Shown here: positions 58,102-64,000 of the stretch, one piece after another
Numbering within the stretch: the first letter of the stretch is position 1
Layout of the letters: every line of letters begins with the position of its first letter
Source: Candidatus Enterousia sp.
GTDB lineage: Bacteria > Pseudomonadota > Alphaproteobacteria > Rs-D84
Assembly (NCBI GenBank): GCA_045630455.1
Contig: JAZQTD010000039.1
Span: 6,498-70,497 of the forward strand
Direction of reading: 5' to 3'
Length of the DNA stretch: 64,000 bases
Translations under genes and position numbers: made by a program
Notes under the pieces: model-generated
What the model was told of the DNA's origin: nothing
The model's input: the letters and a program-made list of their open reading frames with translations, nothing else
Databases searched by the model: none

Positions 58102-59150
58102 AAAAACTTTTAATATCTGTGCTTGCTGCTTTGGCGGTTGCTGGATGCAGTAAAGATGATGAAAACACTATCAAAATTGGCGCTGTATTACCAATGACTG
58201 GTTCAAATGCCTCGGTCGGAGAATCTGTACGCGCGGGTATTGAAACCGCATTGGTGGATAAGACAAATACGAAATATAAATATAAAATTGTAATAGAAGA
58301 TGGTCAAGGCGCACCCGCGAAATCGGTCAGCGCAGCACAGAAATTGATATCTGCTGATTCTGTTAAGGTTTTAGTTTCTGCCTTAGCACACGTGGGTCGG
58401 TCAATGGTTCCTGTTGCTGAAAATGCAAATGTACTAAATCTGTGTGCCACATTAGAATCTGAAAACACAGAACCTTTGGGCAAAACAGGTTTTATCCAAG
58501 GCCCATCATTTGAAAGTTTCCACACAAGGACACTGAGTGCACTTAAAAAGAATAATGTGAAATCGATCGCGATCATCGCATCAAATGTTGGTGTTTCTTG
58601 CACTGGGTCGCAAGTATTGGGCAAAAAAATAAATGCGGCCGGCATCAAGGCCACAGTTGAATGCTTTAACCCCGGCGAACGTGACTTTAAATTTATTGCC
58701 GACAAATATAAAAATGTTGACGCGTATTATGTAAGCGCGTTCCCACCAGAGTCTGACATCGTTCTGCGCCAATTATATACAATGGGTATAGAGCGTAATC
58801 GTATTTACGGTCAAGGTTTAGATTTAAGTAGTGATACAGAAGTGTTCCAAGGGGTGAATCATATTATGGCCCAATGGGGAACACCAGAATTTATCGAACG
58901 TATAAACAAAGAATACAAATTAAAAAATATGAATCTTACATCCGCTGCTTACGACCTTGTATCACTAACAATTGATGCATTTGAAGCGGTTGGGCCAGAT
59001 AATATGGATGCAGTTTATGATTATATCAGACAACATGCGACAAGGGATTGTATGTCGGGAACATGCAAACTGTTGCCAAACGGCTTTATTGTAAATGAAG
59101 CAGAATGGCGCACTTATAAAGATGGCAAAACAATAGTTTTTGAGAAATAA
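58098..59150 (+). CDS. ABC transporter substrate-binding lipoprotein (LivK/Peripla_BP_6-type)
   Basis: Lipobox LAVAGC. IKIGAVLPMTGSNASVGES is the typical type-I periplasmic binding protein N-terminus. Confidence 0.75.
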   Translation: MKKLLISVLAALAVAGCSKDDENTIKIGAVLPMTGSNASVGESVRAGIETALVDKTNTKYKYKIVIEDGQGAPAKSVSAAQKLISADSVKVLVSALAHVGRSMVPVAENANVLNLCATLESENTEPLGKTGFIQGPSFESFHTRTLSALKKNNVKSIAIIASNVGVSCTGSQVLGKKINAAGIKATVECFNPGERDFKFIADKYKNVDAYYVSAFPPESDIVLRQLYTMGIERNRIYGQGLDLSSDTEVFQGVNHIMAQWGTPEFIERINKEYKLKNMNLTSAAYDLVSLTIDAFEAVGPDNMDAVYDYIRQHATRDCMSGTCKLLPNGFIVNEAEWRTYKDGKTIVFEK

Positions 59151-59151
59151 A

Positions 59152-60018
59152 ATGGAATATTTGATAAACCTGGGGATTTTGTTCTGTATATATGGCGTAT
59201 TGGCTCTGAGCCTTAACATGGTGGTGGGTATGACAGGGTTGCTATCGTTAGGTCATGCCGCATTCTTTGGTATCGGTGCGTATGCCACCGCCATAGTCAT
59301 GACAGAATTCGGGGTGAATTTCTTTGTGTCATTGTTAATTGGTGCAATTATCAATATTGCCGTCGCATATTTCGTTGGTAAAATATTATCTAGATTCAAC
59401 GGTGGATATTATTCTATTGTGTCTGCGGGATTGGCAATAATCGTGTATTCTTTGCTGTTAAATTGGAAAGATTTAACCAATGGTCCGCTGGGTATTTTTG
59501 CTATTCCAAAACCTTACGCTTTTGGCATAGCGATTGATTCAAATTCTGCATTTTTCGTTTTGTCTTTGATTGTGTTGGCTTTGATTTTCGCGCTGTATCG
59601 ATACATTGATAAATCTTCGTATGGTCGCGGTCTAAAAGCAATTCGTGAAGACGAACAATTGGCGGTGGTCATGGGGTATCCTGCGCACCGTATGAAAACG
59701 GTTATATTCTTGTTGTCTGCGGCAATTGCGGGAATTGCCGGGGCATTATTTGCATCATACATCGCGTTTATAGACCCCAGCACTTTCCAGGTTCACGAAA
59801 GTATATTCCTATTCACAATTATAATCATTGGTGGACTGGCATCCAGTGTAGGCAGTATAGTCGGTGCATTGATATTACTCAGTTTGCCAGAGGTTTTGCG
59901 TTTTGTTGGGCTGCCATACGAAACGGCGGCACAATTGCAACAGATAATTTATGGACTTGCTCTGATTTTGATTATGGTTTATAAACCACGCGGATTGTTT
60001 GGAAAATATAGGATGTAA
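59152..60018 (+). CDS. livM: branched-chain amino acid ABC transporter permease (LivM-type)
   Basis: GLLSLGHAAFFGIGAY and AIREDE motifs. Confidence 0.8.
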   Translation: MEYLINLGILFCIYGVLALSLNMVVGMTGLLSLGHAAFFGIGAYATAIVMTEFGVNFFVSLLIGAIINIAVAYFVGKILSRFNGGYYSIVSAGLAIIVYSLLLNWKDLTNGPLGIFAIPKPYAFGIAIDSNSAFFVLSLIVLALIFALYRYIDKSSYGRGLKAIREDEQLAVVMGYPAHRMKTVIFLLSAAIAGIAGALFASYIAFIDPSTFQVHESIFLFTIIIIGGLASSVGSIVGALILLSLPEVLRFVGLPYETAAQLQQIIYGLALILIMVYKPRGLFGKYRM

Positions 60019-60020
60019 AA

Positions 60021-60752
60021 TTGGCGGAAATTAAAATAACACATTTAACAAAAGCATTTGGCGGATTGCGTGCCGTTGATGATTTATCTATATCGATTAT
60101 GGTGGGCAAAACCACAGGTCTGATCGGTCCAAATGGTTCTGGTAAAACAACATTGATGAATTTGATTTCTGGCCTTTATAAACCAGATTGTGGAACAATA
60201 ACAATAGAAAACCAAACTTTTGATTCAATTGACCCTATAAAATTGCGTGCATTGCATATTGCGCGTACTTTCCAAGACGGGCGTTTGATAAACCAATTGT
60301 CGGTTGATGATAATTTATTATTGCCAATTGCTGAAACAAGTGTGTTGAAATCACTACGCCAATTCAAAACAAACGAAATGCAAAAATGCGTCAATGCCAT
60401 ATTAGAAAAGGTAGGCCTAACATCGCACCGGCATAAATTGGCAGAAGAATTGTCTTATGGTCAGCGTAAATTGCTGGAATTGGGACGCGCATTGATTCAA
60501 GATGCAGATATATATTTACTGGACGAACCGTTTTCTGGATTACAAGAAAAAATGGTTGAACATGTTCTGGCCTTGATTGGCGAATTGAAAAAACAAAAGA
60601 AAACGGTTGTGATTATTGAACACAATATGGGACTCATAAAACAATTGTCCGACCATATTATCGTTCTGGACCATGGGGCATTACTGGCATCTGGCAAACC
60701 GGATGCAGTGTTAAAAAATAAATCAGTTCAACAAGCATACCTGGGGGTGTAA
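60021..60752 (+). CDS. livG: ABC transporter ATP-binding protein (LivG-type)
   Basis: Walker A GPNGSGKTT, signature LSYGQRKLLEL, Walker B IYLLDEP. TTG start. Confidence 0.85.
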   Translation: MAEIKITHLTKAFGGLRAVDDLSISIMVGKTTGLIGPNGSGKTTLMNLISGLYKPDCGTITIENQTFDSIDPIKLRALHIARTFQDGRLINQLSVDDNLLLPIAETSVLKSLRQFKTNEMQKCVNAILEKVGLTSHRHKLAEELSYGQRKLLELGRALIQDADIYLLDEPFSGLQEKMVEHVLALIGELKKQKKTVVIIEHNMGLIKQLSDHIIVLDHGALLASGKPDAVLKNKSVQQAYLGV

Positions 60753-60753
60753 A

Positions 60754-61452
60754 ATGTTAGTATTAAAAAACATTTCTGCGGGGTATGGTAAAAAGGCGAT
60801 ATTGAACAATATATCTGTTCAATTTCGTGATAATTGTATAACTGTGATTATGGGGGCAAATGGTGCCGGAAAATCCACATTGTTAAAAACTGCATTTGGT
60901 GTGATAAAGCCGATGGGTGGCGAAATATATTTGGACGGTAAAAAAATTCACCCCACACCGCAAAATTTGGTGAAAAATGGCATTTGTTTTATTCCACAAC
61001 GTGATAGAGTGTTCCCAGAAATGTCTGTGTTGGAAAATTTGGAATTGGCAACACATTCGTGGGCAGACCGGTCGTTATTTCCACAATATTTGGATGATGT
61101 TTTGGAATTTTTCCCAGATTTGCGTACAAAATTAGACAATATGGCGGGTGAATTATCTGGGGGGCAACAACAAATTGTCGCTTTGGCGCGCGGTTTAATC
61201 AGCAAACCAAAGATGATTTTAATGGATGAGCCATCGATTGGCCTGTCGCCAAAGTTGATAAATGATGTATTTCATAAAATCAAAGATTTGCAAAAACATA
61301 CTGGCACAGCATTCGTAATCGTGGAACATAACTTGAAAACTTTATTACCATTAACAGATTATGCATATATCCTGCAAGATGGGCGGGTTGCATACGATGG
61401 TAAATCCAACGGCAAAACACTTGAAAAAATGGTGTCTGTGGTATTTAAGTGA
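60754..61452 (+). CDS. livF: ABC transporter ATP-binding protein (LivF-type)
   Basis: Walker A GANGAGKST, signature LSGGQQQ, Walker B ILMDEPS. Confidence 0.85.
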   Translation: MLVLKNISAGYGKKAILNNISVQFRDNCITVIMGANGAGKSTLLKTAFGVIKPMGGEIYLDGKKIHPTPQNLVKNGICFIPQRDRVFPEMSVLENLELATHSWADRSLFPQYLDDVLEFFPDLRTKLDNMAGELSGGQQQIVALARGLISKPKMILMDEPSIGLSPKLINDVFHKIKDLQKHTGTAFVIVEHNLKTLLPLTDYAYILQDGRVAYDGKSNGKTLEKMVSVVFK

Positions 61453-61692
61453 TATTCTAATAAAACCTCTTTATTGTTATATAAAACACCTGCCACGGCT
61501 TGAATTTTGCTTGTTTATGTGCGTTTTTTGCGTACTTTTGCTTTTTTTGGCGTTAAAATTTACTTAGGTTAAAGCAATAAAGTGAAACCATAACTAAAAA
61601 CAAAAGGCTATAAAATGAAACAACAGTCAAATCTTTTGAAACAATTCTAGGTATGGATGGAGCGGCGTGGATATTCCAAAACCACTAAATCA

Positions 61693-61774
61693 AATTTGCC
61701 GGCGTTCGATAAGAACATGGCAGTTTTGGCCCCATCGTCTAGAGGCCTAGGACACCGCCCTTTCAAGGCGAGAA
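61693..61774 (+). repeat. 82-bp direct repeat, copy 2
   Basis: Identical to 56722-56803. The consensus -35 box and the first three bases of the -10 box of copy 1 are not duplicated. Confidence 0.9.
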
Positions 61775-61861
61775 TACACAATTAGAAAAATCTTAAAAAA
61801 TCGACTTGGGAGATTTTTGATTTTTATTATTGAGTATCGAGGGGCGATATTGGGGCTGCCA
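61728..61861 (+). pseudogene. tRNA-Glu pseudogene / interrupted copy (T-arm replaced by 75 nt)
   Basis: nt 1-47 are identical to tRNA-Glu. Unrelated AT-rich sequence then occupies 61775-61849 where C47 and the T-arm should be. The 3' acceptor end TTGGGGCTGCCA follows at 61850-61861. Confidence 0.6.
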
Positions 61862-61910
61862 CAATAGAAATCAACCATTTGGCTACTATGACAATTTCAC
61901 ACCAAAAAAC

Positions 61911-61938
61911 TTGACATTCTGTTTTTTTGTACTATACT
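61911..61938 (+). promoter_or_regulatory. sigma70-like promoter
   Basis: TTGACA-16 nt-TATACT upstream of the 105-aa ORF. Confidence 0.4.
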
Positions 61939-61984
61939 TTAGATAAGAACTACAAGACAACTAATTACAAAAAAAGGATAATAA

Positions 61985-62302
61985 ATGTCAAAAACAACCG
62001 AACCAGCAACAAAGAGCTTCGCTATCGGTCTGATCGTATCCCTGATGACATTTGGCGCTTCTATGTCTTATGCGATTTCAGATGCAAAAAAATCTGAATC
62101 AGACGATGGAGCCGAACAGGTTGCAATATCCGAATCCTCTTCTGCTCTAACAAAGGGCGATGGTATCGTTTCGGCTATTTTGCTTTGTGGTGCACTTTCC
62201 GCTTTTTGTGGCTTACCAGCAATGGCTGTTGCTGATAAAATAGAAGCAAAAAAGAAAGCGAAAAATGTCGCACTTCAACAGTTAAAACAGAACCAACATT
62301 AA
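61985..62302 (+). CDS. hypothetical membrane protein
   Basis: 105 aa, RBS AAAGGA, two hydrophobic segments and a basic C-terminus. Confidence 0.45.
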   Translation: MSKTTEPATKSFAIGLIVSLMTFGASMSYAISDAKKSESDDGAEQVAISESSSALTKGDGIVSAILLCGALSAFCGLPAMAVADKIEAKKKAKNVALQQLKQNQH

Positions 62303-62356
62303 TCATTTAAAACACATGTCTAGTCAATAAAAGAATCTGGACAAGGTCGTTTTTGA

Positions 62357-64000
<1,644 letters not shown>

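Overview
AT-rich, gene-dense bacterial chromosome segment. Gene content looks alphaproteobacterial: LpxI, a ZapA plus coiled-coil pair, HU, an Ala/Lys/Pro histone-like protein, and CCA-encoding tRNAs. Eukaryote-like Cys-rich proteins and an orphan VirB11 suggest a host-associated or intracellular lifestyle, but that is inference. Most of the window is housekeeping: lysS, tgt, queA, era, dcd-like, HU, alaS, rpsD, corA, acpS, dnaB, birA, lpxI, parC, zapA, radC, map, holA, lptE, a liv-type ABC operon, ligA, and tRNAs Gly, Pro, Asp and Glu. The main result is a ~13 kb minus-strand cluster (20962-33892) encoding only T7-like podovirus morphogenesis and lysis proteins. In transcription order these are a SleB-type lysin, a holin-like protein, scaffold, major capsid, tail tubular A and B, a fibre N-domain, large terminase and portal. 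I see no integrase, RNA/DNA polymerase, small terminase or internal core proteins. The large terminase is cleanly split into an intact ATPase half and an intact nuclease half. The split is caused by a 3333-bp opposite-strand cassette carrying dnaB, a CI/LexA-like double-HTH regulator and an unknown gene. This is a candidate domesticated phage-particle (GTA-like) system. Other observations: an 82-bp perfect repeat of the tRNA-Glu leader plus 5' two-thirds that brackets the liv operon and ends in a T-arm-less pseudo-tRNA. There is also a promoter- and terminator-bounded candidate sRNA with CU-rich loops, a frameshifted Cys-rich secreted-protein gene, an AlaRS lacking the C-Ala domain, and a divergent RelA/SpoT-like protein. 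All family assignments come from motif recognition and remembered reference sequences such as T7 gp8-gp19. No database search was run.
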